NCBI GenBank assembly: GCA_963665095.1
Contig: OY762069.1
Location: forward strand, 6,272,001-6,336,000
Direction of reading: 5' to 3'
Length of the DNA stretch: 64,000 nucleotides
From: an uncultured Desulfobacter sp.
Lineage (GTDB): Bacteria; Desulfobacterota; Desulfobacteria; Desulfobacterales; Desulfobacteraceae
A program made the translations under genes and the position numbers. The first letter of the stretch is position 1, and every line of letters starts with the position of its first letter. The notes under the pieces were generated by a model. That model was not told the origin of the DNA and searched no databases. It worked only from the letters and a program-made list of their open reading frames with translations. This document shows positions 1 to 10,173 of this stretch, one piece after another.

Positions 1-1683
1 CGGGATATGATGATTAAAATTAATCAGACAGCCAATATGCTGCATGATCTTGGTGTCGGCCCCACCGATGTGGTGACCTATCTTCTGCCAAGCCTGCCCC
101 AGACCCATTATGTTTTATGGGGCTCAGAGGCTGTGGGGATTGCCAATCCCATCAATCCGCTTCTTGAGGCTGAAACCATCCGGGATATCTGTACGGCAGC
201 CGGCACAAAAGTACTTGTGGCCCTGGGAGAATTCCCTGGTACTGACATCTGGAACAAAGTGGAAGCGATCAGAAAAGATATTCCAACCCTTACCAGTGTC
301 ATCCGGGTATTTGGACCCAGTGACGAGGCCGAGGGTATTTACGGTTTTGAGGAAAAAGTGGAAACCTACCCGGGCGACCGTCTGATATTTGACAGGGATA
401 TTGACCCGGATGATATTGCCTCTCTCTATCACACCGGCGGTACCACCGGCCGGCCCAAGCTTGCCAAACGCTCCCACTATAACGAGCTTTTTCTGACCTG
501 GGATTTGAAAACCGTTACCGGCCTTGCGCCCAAAGAGACCGTCATGGTGGGGCTGCCCCTTTTTCACTGTAACGGCACCTGCATTACAGGACTTTTGCCG
601 TTCTCTGTGGGCGGGCATGTGGTTATTCTTTCGCCCATGGGGTATCGGGATGTATCCATCATGAAAAATTTCTATAAAATCGTGGATCATTATAAACCTT
701 CCTTTTTTTCCTGCGTGCCCACCGTACTTTCCGGCCTTATTGAAATCCCTGTGGGGGATGCGGATATCTCATCCCTGCAGTACCTGATCTGCGGGGCTGC
801 CCCCTTGAGTGTGGAACTTTTTAACCGGTTTGAGGCCCACTCCAAAATGAAAATCCTGGAAGGCTACGGGCTCACGGAATCCACCTGTGCCTGTGCGGTA
901 AACCCCAAGGACGGGGAGCGGAAAATCGGGAGCATCGGGATTCGCCTGCCTTACCAGGAATTGAAAGTTGTAATCACCGATGATGAAGGGAACTATGTCC
1001 GGGATGCCCAACCCAATGAGATTGGCTGCGTGTGCATTTCCGGCCCCTGCGTTTTCAAAGGCTATGTGGAAGAGGAGCACAATCAGGGTATCTGGGTGCA
1101 GGACGGGTGGTTCAACTCCGGAGATCTCGGCCGGCAGGATGAAGACGGCTACTTTTTTCTCACAGGAAGAAAAAAAGAGCTGATTATCCGCGGTGGCCAC
1201 AATATTGACCCGGTGATGATTGAGGAGCCCCTTTATAAAATGAAGGATATCAAGATGGCTGCTGCCATTGGCCGGCCGGATGCCCATGCCGGAGAAGTGC
1301 CGGTGGCCTATGTGGAGGTGAGTGAAAACTCAGGCCTTACCAGCGACGATATCATGGCATGGGCCAAAACCCATATCGGGGAGCGGGCTGCCATTCCAAA
1401 AGAGATTATCGTCACGGATCAGATTCCTTTAACCGCCGTTGGGAAGGTGTTTAAGCCCGCACTGAAATGGGATGCCATCCGCCGGGTTTACGAGCAGGAG
1501 CTGGCCGGTCTCAAAGATCTGGCACAATCTGTCACAGTAACTGTGGCCGAAGACAAGAGCCATGGCGTAAATGCCACAATAAACGTCACACCTTCCGACA
1601 GCACAACACCTGAGGAGATCCGTACAAAGATCAGCGATCTTCTGGCCCGCTACACGGTCCATTATACCGTAATCATCGATTAA
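1..1683 (+). CDS. Acyl-CoA synthetase / AMP-binding enzyme (5' end outside the window)
   Basis: AMP-binding motifs YHTGGTTGRPK, EGYGLTE, SGDLG, RKKELIIRGGHNI and AVGKV. The frame is open from base 1. Confidence 0.92.
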   Translation, partial: RDMMIKINQTANMLHDLGVGPTDVVTYLLPSLPQTHYVLWGSEAVGIANPINPLLEAETIRDICTAAGTKVLVALGEFPGTDIWNKVEAIRKDIPTLTSVIRVFGPSDEAEGIYGFEEKVETYPGDRLIFDRDIDPDDIASLYHTGGTTGRPKLAKRSHYNELFLTWDLKTVTGLAPKETVMVGLPLFHCNGTCITGLLPFSVGGHVVILSPMGYRDVSIMKNFYKIVDHYKPSFFSCVPTVLSGLIEIPVGDADISSLQYLICGAAPLSVELFNRFEAHSKMKILEGYGLTESTCACAVNPKDGERKIGSIGIRLPYQELKVVITDDEGNYVRDAQPNEIGCVCISGPCVFKGYVEEEHNQGIWVQDGWFNSGDLGRQDEDGYFFLTGRKKELIIRGGHNIDPVMIEEPLYKMKDIKMAAAIGRPDAHAGEVPVAYVEVSENSGLTSDDIMAWAKTHIGERAAIPKEIIVTDQIPLTAVGKVFKPALKWDAIRRVYEQELAGLKDLAQSVTVTVAEDKSHGVNATINVTPSDSTTPEEIRTKISDLLARYTVHYTVIID

Positions 1684-1735
1684 GGCAGTTGGAAAACCCT
1701 GCTGCATCTGACCCATCTGCCCCACACATCAACCA

Positions 1736-1768
1736 GGGCCGGCCGTAGACATTCGGCCGGCCCGTTTT
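1736..1768 (+). terminator. Putative intrinsic terminator
   Basis: GGGCCGGCCG-8 nt loop-CGGCCGGCCC followed by GTTTT, just after the synthetase stop. Confidence 0.65.
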
Positions 1769-1949
1769 CATGTTTATAGTATTGCTGTTGTATTGATTCG
1801 TGAAAAGCGTTATGTGTATCGTGTCATAACGTTTTACATGCAGGTTGTATCAAGATCGCATTTTAAGGAGCATAACGGCGTTATCGTGGAGATGGCCGGA
1901 ATTTCCAGGATGGCCGTAATAGAATTTGAAGATACAGGAGCGCCGGCCA

Positions 1950-4900
1950 GTGCCTCATAGACAATTTCATATTCCAGTGCTGCCGGATGTTCTGGCCAGA
2001 CCCAGGCTTTACCTGACGCTGTCATCCTGCCCTCACTGCCGTATTATCCTGGTGACCGGGCAGGCTGCCCAGGGAAAGTCCACCCTGGTCGCGGACTATC
2101 TGAAGCGTGAAAAGGCTCCCTGCCTCTGGTTTCACCTGAGCGCGTCCCTTTCAGACAGCGGGACGCTTTTTGATCTGATTTCCCAGGGGATGGAATCCTT
2201 AAACGGCCCTAATGGGCAGACCTCCTCGTTGCCTCATGTCTCTCTGGGAACCCGTCAGGATTTGTCCAGGCAGTCTGAAATCCTTGTCGCCGCCATGACC
2301 CGCATGCCCGGCCCCTTAAATATTGTCCTGGATGATATGGAGTCCCTCGCACCGGATGCGCCGTCCCTGGCACTTATTCAAACTTTGGTGGCGGAAAGCC
2401 CCCGCCATGTACGTTTTTTTCTGCTCTCCAGAACCCGGCTGCGACTGAATCTGAGCCGGTTCAAAATGAACCAGGAGCTTCTGGAACTTGGCAACCAGGA
2501 ACTGGCCTTTACCCTTGAGGAGATCCAGGCATTTTTTGCTGAAACCGCACAACCAGAATCCGGACCGCTTGACCTGGAAGATGCACAAAAAGTGATGACC
2601 GCAACCGGTGGCTGGGCCGGGGGCCTGATTCTGGTGTCTGAAGCGGTCCGGCAGAGCCGGAATCTTAACGGGCTCCCTGCACAGATCTCCACAGAAATTA
2701 TCTCTTATTTCAGCCAGGAGATTTACCAGAACCTGGCCGCAGATGTTCGTGCATTCCTCAGGCAGACTGCCTTGTTTGACGAGCTGGATACCCGGATGCT
2801 TTCCCTGATTTTTCCAGGGACTGACCCTGTGGAAATGCTGACCTGGCTGGAACAGCGGAATCTGTTTATCCAGAAAATCATACCCCACAGCCAGTGGCCG
2901 GTTTTCAGATACAACAACCTTTTCCGGGAGTTTCTTCTGGCAGACCTGAAACACGCCTGTAAGCGGCAGGAGATTGAGACGCTGAACCGGCAGATCGGAC
3001 AGGTCTTCTGGGAAGAGAAAGACCATGAAAAGGCCATCAGTTTTTTCATGGCTGCCGGTGCCTGTGATATGGTTGCAAAAATTTTAAGGATCAAGGGAAA
3101 GGATTATGTGATTACCGGGAGAACGGACCGTCTTGCCCGTTGGATTGATGCCCTGCCGGAACGTATTTCCCGGGAAGATCCCTGGCTGATCCTTTTTAGA
3201 ACCGTAGCCGAACGAATTCAGGGCGGTAAAAAAAATATTCAGGTCTTCAGCAGGACGCTTGAGATGTTCAGGGAACAGGGGGATATCCGGGGGGGACTGC
3301 TCAGTCTGGCTTATCTGATTGAAGCCTGCGTGTTTATCCGACGTCCGCCTTGGGAGCTGCTCAGGCATATTGAGGCCGGAGAAAAGCTCATGGCAAGTCT
3401 GGGGGGAGAATACCGTTTTACCTGGGCTAAAATTTTGCTCTGGCAGCAGATCGGGTTGGGGTATATCGCAGGCACCGGCGATATTTTCAAAGGGATCTCC
3501 GCCTGCCGCAACGCCATTCTCCTGGCCCAGGGCATCCAAAACCCGGCACTGGTGCTCAGCGCTTCGGTTATTATGACCCTGGGACTGGTTCAGTCCGGAG
3601 ATTTTGCCGCAGCCAGGGAAATATTGGGAAAAACCCGGACCATATCACAGGAGGAGAGTCAGCCTGAGTACCGGGCCCTTGAAAATATCACCAATATCGA
3701 TCTGGCTTTGAAGCGGGGGGACACCCGTCATGCAGGGGAGCTTCTTGCGCGGTCCGAGGCTGACATTGAAAAATTCGGACTGATTTTTCTTTATCCGGGG
3801 CTTGTGGAGGCCCAAGCGCTGTACCATGCCTGTTCCGGCCGGCATGGCCAGGCGGTTCAGGCGGCAGATCATCTCATTGATTTTTCCATTCTCACAGGCA
3901 ATGATTTTTATCAGGGGATTTCCCACCGGGTAAAGGCTGTGGCCTGTCTGCTCAATGGTGATCCAGGCGGCGCCTGTGCCGAAGCCGAAAACGCAGTGAA
4001 AGAACTGGGGCGTGCCCGCAGGGGGGAATTTCACATTATTCAGGCGCGGCAGATTTACGGTATTGCATTGTACCGTCAAGGGCAAAACAGGGACGCGTGT
4101 GAGGCGCTTGAACCGGTATTGGAATATTTTAGAGGCATTCACTCCAACTTAAGTTTCTGCGAAACGGCCTTTATCCTGGGTGCTGCGCTGGTTGACAGCG
4201 GTGAAAAATCCAACCGGGATGCTGCAGCCCGGTATTTTACCCAGGGATTCGAACTGGCAGTAAAAAATCAGTACAGCTATTTTCCCCTTCTTGATGCAGA
4301 ACTTATGGCCGGGGTAATAGTGAGGGCCTGGGAAACCCTTGTCTCCCCTGAAGTGCTTTTGACCTCTTTTATCACTGATTTTTTAACGCCGGAAACGCAT
4401 GCTGCGATCAGGGGCCTTTTATCGGAAATTTATGCAAAGAAAGATGCTGAACGGTTCACTCCTTTGTTCAGAGCGGCCTGCCCCAGGCTTTTCATCTCCA
4501 CGCTTGGCCCCTTCTCTGTGATCCAGGGCGGATCTGTCCTGCCCACTTCAGGGTTTGGCGGTCCCAAGCCCCTGATGTTTCTAAAAGTTCTTTTGCTCAA
4601 TGGAAGCAAAGATGTGCCCAAAGAGGTGCTGATGGATATTCTCTGGCCCGGTGCCGACGAAAGTGCCGGGGAAAAAAATTTAAAAATCAACATCCACCGC
4701 GTCAGAAAAGCCTTGGAGCCCTTTGCGGTTAAGCAGTTCGGCCACATTTATCTGATCCAGAAAGGCGGCAGGATTTCTCTGGCACCGGATCTGGTGCATG
4801 TGGATACAGAGGCATTCACCAGCCTTGTCAGCCGGGGGCGGACCCTTGAATCCGAAGGGGACAGGGACGGTGCCCTGGACTGTTATTCAAAGGCTGCCGG

Positions 4901-5240
4901 GTTTTATAAAGGGGATTACTTCAGTGATGACCCCTATCTGGAAGAAACAATCCTGGAGCGGGAAATGTATCGGAGAGCATGTATCGATATTCTGGAGCGG
5001 TCTGCAGAGATCCACAAGGCCCGCAACCTCTGGCAGAATAGGGTGGATACCTGGCTGCGGATTCTGGAGATTGATGCCTGCCATGAGGCTGCCTGTCAGA
5101 ACCTGATGATCCTGTACGGCCATGCGGGCATGAAAGCCGAAGCACGCCAGATCTATGCCAGGTGCTGTAAGGCACTTGAAGCGGAACTGGACATTGAACC
5201 GGACAACCGGACCCGGGAGATTTACAGCCGGCTGGCATAA
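1950..5240 (+). CDS. MalT-like ATPase/TPR transcriptional regulator with C-terminal wHTH and BTAD (SARP-type) domains
   Basis: P-loop GQAAQGKST, Walker B IVLDD, TGGW motif and helical repeats. C-terminal TLGPF...VPKEVLMDILWP and YKGDY...E..CQNLM..LEAELDIEP. GTG at 1950 has AGGAG upstream; the ORF track starts at TTG 1926. Confidence 0.85.
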   Translation: MPHRQFHIPVLPDVLARPRLYLTLSSCPHCRIILVTGQAAQGKSTLVADYLKREKAPCLWFHLSASLSDSGTLFDLISQGMESLNGPNGQTSSLPHVSLGTRQDLSRQSEILVAAMTRMPGPLNIVLDDMESLAPDAPSLALIQTLVAESPRHVRFFLLSRTRLRLNLSRFKMNQELLELGNQELAFTLEEIQAFFAETAQPESGPLDLEDAQKVMTATGGWAGGLILVSEAVRQSRNLNGLPAQISTEIISYFSQEIYQNLAADVRAFLRQTALFDELDTRMLSLIFPGTDPVEMLTWLEQRNLFIQKIIPHSQWPVFRYNNLFREFLLADLKHACKRQEIETLNRQIGQVFWEEKDHEKAISFFMAAGACDMVAKILRIKGKDYVITGRTDRLARWIDALPERISREDPWLILFRTVAERIQGGKKNIQVFSRTLEMFREQGDIRGGLLSLAYLIEACVFIRRPPWELLRHIEAGEKLMASLGGEYRFTWAKILLWQQIGLGYIAGTGDIFKGISACRNAILLAQGIQNPALVLSASVIMTLGLVQSGDFAAAREILGKTRTISQEESQPEYRALENITNIDLALKRGDTRHAGELLARSEADIEKFGLIFLYPGLVEAQALYHACSGRHGQAVQAADHLIDFSILTGNDFYQGISHRVKAVACLLNGDPGGACAEAENAVKELGRARRGEFHIIQARQIYGIALYRQGQNRDACEALEPVLEYFRGIHSNLSFCETAFILGAALVDSGEKSNRDAAARYFTQGFELAVKNQYSYFPLLDAELMAGVIVRAWETLVSPEVLLTSFITDFLTPETHAAIRGLLSEIYAKKDAERFTPLFRAACPRLFISTLGPFSVIQGGSVLPTSGFGGPKPLMFLKVLLLNGSKDVPKEVLMDILWPGADESAGEKNLKINIHRVRKALEPFAVKQFGHIYLIQKGGRISLAPDLVHVDTEAFTSLVSRGRTLESEGDRDGALDCYSKAAGFYKGDYFSDDPYLEETILEREMYRRACIDILERSAEIHKARNLWQNRVDTWLRILEIDACHEAACQNLMILYGHAGMKAEARQIYARCCKALEAELDIEPDNRTREIYSRLA

Positions 5241-5666
5241 TCCGGGAAAATAGAGCGCCAACGCCGCCCTTCTGGTCTGGGCACAGGGATTTTATTCATT
5301 GCAGGCAACCCTGGCTTAAGCGCCGGATGATAGCAGGTTCAAGTTGCGTTAATACATTATTACAGGATGCATTTGCCATAAAAAAAATTATCATTAAAAC
5401 AAGTTATTCGCCTGGGCTATAGGCTATACAGGCCAGATATCATTGTGTTCATTGGGAATCTGTGAAGAACAAAATTCAGAACGAAAAACTTTCTTTGATT
5501 GTCAAATTTACATTGAAATTTTCAACTATAAATGTTTAATCTTCAGCTGGAATCTGATCCTGAACCATAAAAAGATGTCCATTTTATGTAAGCAATATGC
5601 TGCTAGGATGGAAATATAATATTCAAAATCAAAACATGGAAAATTTTCCACTCCTTTTCCACGTTT

Positions 5667-5753
5667 TATAGATAATATCATGATAGCTGGAAAATTAGGC
5701 CACTTATATAGATTGATATCATGACAATTTTCCATCTATCACAACTGTTAACC
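5667..5753 (+). other. Candidate attI-like site at the start of the cassette array
   Basis: Core site GTTAACC (5747-5753) is the exact reverse complement of GGTTAAC, which closes cassette 1. No attC hairpin lies upstream, but there are imperfect direct repeats TATAGAT..ATATCATGA at 5667-5683 and 5707-5724. Confidence 0.45.
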
Positions 5754-5774
5754 TAATAAAAATAAAAGCCCGTC

Positions 5775-7052
5775 ATGAATGATATTATAGCTACAGCAGA
5801 GACAGATCTTATCCCTTTAATTAATCGAGCAGTTATGAATGTCCGTGAAGATATGAGGGATAATCCATATATTTTAGAAGCAATAAAAGTATTGCCTGTC
5901 CAGGGATATCGAAGTGCAATTGGCGCTTTCTGGAATGCTGTTGTAGACGATTTGAGAAATAAAATTATCTTCAGAAGCCTGACTCTTTTCAATAAAGAAA
6001 TTCAACCTCAACGTGAAATAAAAACATACGAAGATTTCCAGAATTATATTAACGATGATCAGTTGATTGAAGGAGCATATAAAATTGGGGTTATAGGATG
6101 GGAAGCATATAAAATCCTCAAACATTCTAAAGAAACACGGCATATTTTTTCAGGCCACCCAAGAAGTAGTGAGCCTTCATTGGTAAAAGTATTAGCTGTC
6201 ATTGATGATTGTATAAAATATGTGCTAAATGAAGAATATCCGACACAAATAATTGATATTGATGATTATATTGAGACTCTAAAGGCAGAAGCGTTCGATA
6301 GAAATACATATGCAATTGAAAATGCACTAGGTGATTTACCTGAAACTTACAAGAATGAACTTATAAATAGACTGTTCAGAATCTATATCCATCCTGACTC
6401 ATCAAGTACGTTGATATCGAACATTGAGTTTGTATCACCCCTTTTATGGAAAGTTCTGCCAAAACCGATAAAAATACAAATAGTTCGCAGGCTTGATCAA
6501 GAAATCCCAAAAGGAAATGTTGAGGTAACCAACAAGGCATTTGCTTTTATCAAAATCGTGGGTGGCATGATTTATTTATCACACAATGCCAGGCAATATA
6601 AAATTCAACCACTTGTGGATCGACTCAAAGCAAATTTGGATAATTGGGAAGTTGAAAATAAATGCGTAAGGGCTTTGAGCCAATACGCTTCAGTTATAGT
6701 TGACGAATGCATTGATGATTATGTTTCAGCCTTGACATTGACATATGTCGGTTATGTTGGGGGGAGTTCAAGATTTTCTCGGACAGATTTTTATGCAAAC
6801 GGAGCAGCTTCATATATACCGGATATGTTTCAAGTTTTTAACGATAGGATGGCAGCATCATTTATCAGGACGATTAGAGAAAATTCTCTTCTCAAAGGAA
6901 GACTTCGAAGCCCATCAAAGATAAAAAGGTTAAGAAGTCTTGGATTAATTGTGGATGAAAAAGTCTCCGATGCTTTTGAGGAGAGAGAGTTACTCTCTTT
7001 ATTGGTTGATGAATCAAAAGAATCTGATTTTTTCAATGCTATAAAAGGTTAA
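5775..7052 (+). CDS. Cassette 1: hypothetical protein with an N-terminal HEPN-like domain
   Basis: AT-rich 425-aa ORF with EAIKVL..GYRSAI..WNAV and an R-x5-H motif (RHIFSGH). Its stop codon lies inside the attC R'' box. Confidence 0.6.
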   Translation: MNDIIATAETDLIPLINRAVMNVREDMRDNPYILEAIKVLPVQGYRSAIGAFWNAVVDDLRNKIIFRSLTLFNKEIQPQREIKTYEDFQNYINDDQLIEGAYKIGVIGWEAYKILKHSKETRHIFSGHPRSSEPSLVKVLAVIDDCIKYVLNEEYPTQIIDIDDYIETLKAEAFDRNTYAIENALGDLPETYKNELINRLFRIYIHPDSSSTLISNIEFVSPLLWKVLPKPIKIQIVRRLDQEIPKGNVEVTNKAFAFIKIVGGMIYLSHNARQYKIQPLVDRLKANLDNWEVENKCVRALSQYASVIVDECIDDYVSALTLTYVGYVGGSSRFSRTDFYANGAASYIPDMFQVFNDRMAASFIRTIRENSLLKGRLRSPSKIKRLRSLGLIVDEKVSDAFEERELLSLLVDESKESDFFNAIKG

Positions 7053-7063
7053 CAATCCGCTGC
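7047..7063 (+). repeat. attC1, left part (R'' box, spacer and start of L''), interrupted by intron 1
   Basis: GGTTAAC-AATCC-GCTGC, matching the start of intact attC2 (TAACAATCCGCT). Confidence 0.75.
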
Positions 7064-7368
7064 TCGTGCCCAGATTGTTGAGTCGCATTTTATCCTGACT
7101 TAAATTTTCTAATTATTTTGAACAGATTAAATCTTTTCCATATTATTTAAGACAGCTACAGAAGTCGCTGCGCTCCTTCTCAGTAGGTTTTTAAGGCATA
7201 GGCAGAACAGCTTGAATAAAGCAGAAAGGGGAAGCAGGTAATCCCCACTTCCCCTGGCGCATTATTCAATGCTGCCTGCTTCCGGCTATCCCTTACCAGG
7301 TTGCTCCTCAGCAGAGCCCGGCTCCGTTTCACCGAAATCGTAATATTCTGCTCTATGGCTGTTTTTTC

Positions 7369-8178
7369 TTAAAAAATCTCCGATGAAGCAATGCGGACAT
7401 GCTCTGCAGATACCGTCATTGATTTTTCTGCCGCAGCAGCAATCAATGAGCCTCTGGCAAGATTATTCGCCTTTCGTAAAAGGCCGCCGGAGCCTTGATG
7501 AATCGCAGTCACCGCCTGGTCAGAAAAAAAGTTGGTGTCAACACCGCATAGTTTTAAATGATGGATCAGGTAAGTTTTCATTCCAGCCACATCCAGACCA
7601 TCCAGATGGCTTTTAGCCACAATCCTGGATGCAAACGGGATTGACGTCCGGTACTGAAGCTTATCTATCAATGTCGGCTGACCTGCAAGGATCACAGGCA
7701 GCCAGGGCATGGCGTCTTTTTCAAATTGAACCAGGGTGTGAAGTTCGGCAAAGACTTCCATGCGAAGCAGAGATGCCTCATCTATAATCAAAACGGTTTT
7801 GATCTTTTTTCCCAGGACGAATTCACGTATTTCATTTTTAATAATGGAGATCATAACAGCGCGGGACGTCGATGTCCGCTCTATGCCCAGTTCTTCAACA
7901 ATCTGCCGGTAAAGTTCCATGATGGAACCGCTTGAGGCCGTAACATAAAAGACTTTGTATTCCGAAGGGTGTAGGGATGAGGCGGCATACCTTAAGGCGG
8001 TGGACTTTCCGCTGCCCACATCCCCTGTGATAACCGCACTGCAGCCAAGTCTTAAGGAATAATCAATCCGATTTTTAACGCCCGAGACCTCCGGGGTAAC
8101 CAGGATATCATTAATTTCTATCTGCGCCGGGAAGGCCTCCCTGGATAAGCCAAAAAAGGTGCGATACATTTCACTCAT
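7369..8178 (-). CDS. ExeA-family AAA ATPase (transposition helper)
   Basis: Walker A GDVGSGKS, Walker B LIIDEA and LAGQP. Its start overlaps the transposase stop. Confidence 0.9.
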   Translation of the reverse strand: MSEMYRTFFGLSREAFPAQIEINDILVTPEVSGVKNRIDYSLRLGCSAVITGDVGSGKSTALRYAASSLHPSEYKVFYVTASSGSIMELYRQIVEELGIERTSTSRAVMISIIKNEIREFVLGKKIKTVLIIDEASLLRMEVFAELHTLVQFEKDAMPWLPVILAGQPTLIDKLQYRTSIPFASRIVAKSHLDGLDVAGMKTYLIHHLKLCGVDTNFFSDQAVTAIHQGSGGLLRKANNLARGSLIAAAAEKSMTVSAEHVRIASSEIF

Positions 8179-9431
8179 AACAGTTGCCCTCCCTTGTAAT
8201 TTGAGGGTTCAGGCATAATCCGGATATCATTTTCGTTCCAGCGGTGCCGCTTGACCCGGCAGTTCACAGCAAGGTCCACCGGGGTTAACAAGCCATAAGA
8301 CTTTGCTTTATAGATAACTTCAGCCTGCAAAGGGGTGTCCTCATGGTACTTTACATCCACATGTCTGCCGATCAGCGCAACCGGGGCCTCAAACATGTTG
8401 CCGTCAAGGGTTATGGTTCGGTCCTTTGCCACCTTGCGCCGGGCGGTTTTGCGGAAGTGGTCTTTCAGATCCGGTGGGGCGGTACGGATGCACTCCATGG
8501 CCGAGGTAAATCTTTTAAACGGTGATTCGCCTGTGGAGCTGTGTTTACGCTGATGGTACTCATTATGAAGCCACTTCTCAAATGCCCCATTCAGATCATC
8601 CAGGGTCTTACCTGTAAATCTTTGCAGAAACTGAAGCCGAACCGTTCTGAACCAGCGCTCGATTTTACCTTTCCCCTGGGGCTTATATGGCCTTGCATGG
8701 ATTAAAGCGATGGACAGAGACGCTGCTACATATTTTAAATGATGGGATCTGAACGCAGGACCGTTATCTACATACAGCTTGCGGGGAAGCCCACGGCTCA
8801 AAAAAGCCTGCTCCAGCACCATAAGATAGGTCTTCAGATTCTCAGATAAATAAAAACCTGCAGCCGTAACCAGCCTGGAATGATCGTCCATAATGGCAAT
8901 CAGGTACGTTTTTCTTTGCTTATCCTGAACCAGGACTGTAGGGCCGTGCATGACGTCGCTTTGCCACATATCATTGGGGTGCGGGGCTTCAAACTTTCTT
9001 CTATCCTCTGGCCGGGCCGTGTTCATTAGCCCCCGGCCGCGTAAAAAACGGTATACACTGGATGGACTGTATGTCTGGCATGTAGTTTTTTGAAGTGAAC
9101 AGATCAATGTATCGACTGTCGCATCAGGCTGGTCTAACCGGAGTTTGATTAGTTGAGATGCAGTCTCGTCATCGAATACCCTTGATTTTCCCTGGTCTGA
9201 ACGGTCTTTGGGGTAAAGAGACTCTATTCGACCGTTATACTGCCGGACCCATCCCAGAATCGTACTTCTGGAAAGCCTGGTCCTTCCAGAATACGGGATG
9301 GACCATTTGCGGGCGCACTTCTGCTGTAAAATTCGTTCTTTTTCACCGTAATCAAAATTTGTTCCGGTCACAAATTCACAAATGACCCCAAACCTGAACA
9401 CGGCAACCTCATTTTTCTGATTTTCTGTCAT
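8175..9431 (-). CDS. DDE-type integrase/transposase (rve core, Mu-like C-terminus)
   Basis: WQSD, MDDHSR, YVDNG and GKIER motifs, with an N-terminal HTH. Confidence 0.92.
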   Translation of the reverse strand: MTENQKNEVAVFRFGVICEFVTGTNFDYGEKERILQQKCARKWSIPYSGRTRLSRSTILGWVRQYNGRIESLYPKDRSDQGKSRVFDDETASQLIKLRLDQPDATVDTLICSLQKTTCQTYSPSSVYRFLRGRGLMNTARPEDRRKFEAPHPNDMWQSDVMHGPTVLVQDKQRKTYLIAIMDDHSRLVTAAGFYLSENLKTYLMVLEQAFLSRGLPRKLYVDNGPAFRSHHLKYVAASLSIALIHARPYKPQGKGKIERWFRTVRLQFLQRFTGKTLDDLNGAFEKWLHNEYHQRKHSSTGESPFKRFTSAMECIRTAPPDLKDHFRKTARRKVAKDRTITLDGNMFEAPVALIGRHVDVKYHEDTPLQAEVIYKAKSYGLLTPVDLAVNCRVKRHRWNENDIRIMPEPSNYKGGQLL

Positions 9432-9534
9432 ACTTCCTCCTTAAAATTTGGTTCTAAGGGCTTGTATGACAGTATGATCCTTCGGTAAATCACAGCCTTC
9501 GGTAGGGTGGTTTAAACCTGATCCAGCCCCATGG

Positions 9535-9981
9535 TTAAATTGAACTGGTAACCGGGATTTTACCCATACCGATTAGCTTGATAAAACCAGCAACCACACC
9601 TTTGTCCCAACTGTTGGACAGGTAGGCCGCTATATTTCGTTTCAATGCAGTAAACCAAAAATGCTGTCGGTTCCAGGAGAGTTCCGGCAGATACCGGTCA
9701 GTGTATAGACGACTCATAATGCTGGTAAGGATTTGCCAGATACTGGCCTGGAACCTCTTGAAAAAACCATATGGCTTCAATTTGAATACGGTTTTGCAAT
9801 AGGGGCAGCGATATCGCTTCAAATACACCCCTTGATCAAATCCATCAAAAAAGGAGAGTACAAAGCCGTGTCCCCACAGCCTGGAGTCGTTGCAATGTGG
9901 ACATCGTGACGGTTTTGGCCATGTAAAATTTTTGCCCTGCTTGAAAATTTGCTTGATATCAGCTTTGACCTTTATTATCAT
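9535..9981 (-). CDS. Transposon-associated Zn-ribbon protein (DUF6431-like)
   Basis: CPHC..LWGHG..RYRCPYC, first gene of the element. Confidence 0.7.
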   Translation of the reverse strand: MIIKVKADIKQIFKQGKNFTWPKPSRCPHCNDSRLWGHGFVLSFFDGFDQGVYLKRYRCPYCKTVFKLKPYGFFKRFQASIWQILTSIMSRLYTDRYLPELSWNRQHFWFTALKRNIAAYLSNSWDKGVVAGFIKLIGMGKIPVTSSI

Positions 9982-10173
9982 TTTTATGGTTGTTTTGGGA
10001 TTTTATAAATCCCGGTCTTAAGGGCGAGGCTCTGCAAAGCTTTTCGCCCTTTTCATTTTTGTCAGAATGCTTTGATCAGAACCTGTACAGGATAATTTGA
10101 GAAAAATGGAACTTTGTCAATTTAATATGAAAAATTTGGCGGGTTTTTGTTCAGGTTATTTCGGGAATCTACA

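Larger units (their letters stand above)
7076..10173 (-). mobile_element. Three-gene IS/transposon (Zn-ribbon protein, DDE transposase, ExeA-type AAA ATPase)
   Basis: TG...CA ends with imperfect inverted repeats (TGTTGAGTCGCATTTTATCCTGA vs TGTAGATTCCCGAAATAACCTGA) and subterminal TTATCCTG-like repeats. No target-site duplication. Confidence 0.85.

Noticed and set aside
5241..5746. Integron integrase (intI) upstream of the array
   Set aside because: Only about 500 nt are available and no ORF carries tyrosine-recombinase R-H-R-Y motifs.
7290..7335. Hammerhead ribozyme (GAAA and CTGAGGA on the minus strand)
   Set aside because: Only one stem separates GAAA from CUGANGA and no third stem with an NUH site is evident. 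Kept only as an unknown structured element.
10147..10173. TTG start giving a complete 308-aa reverse transcriptase
   Set aside because: The first nine codons come from the transposon end; there is no ribosome-binding site and RT0-1 is absent.
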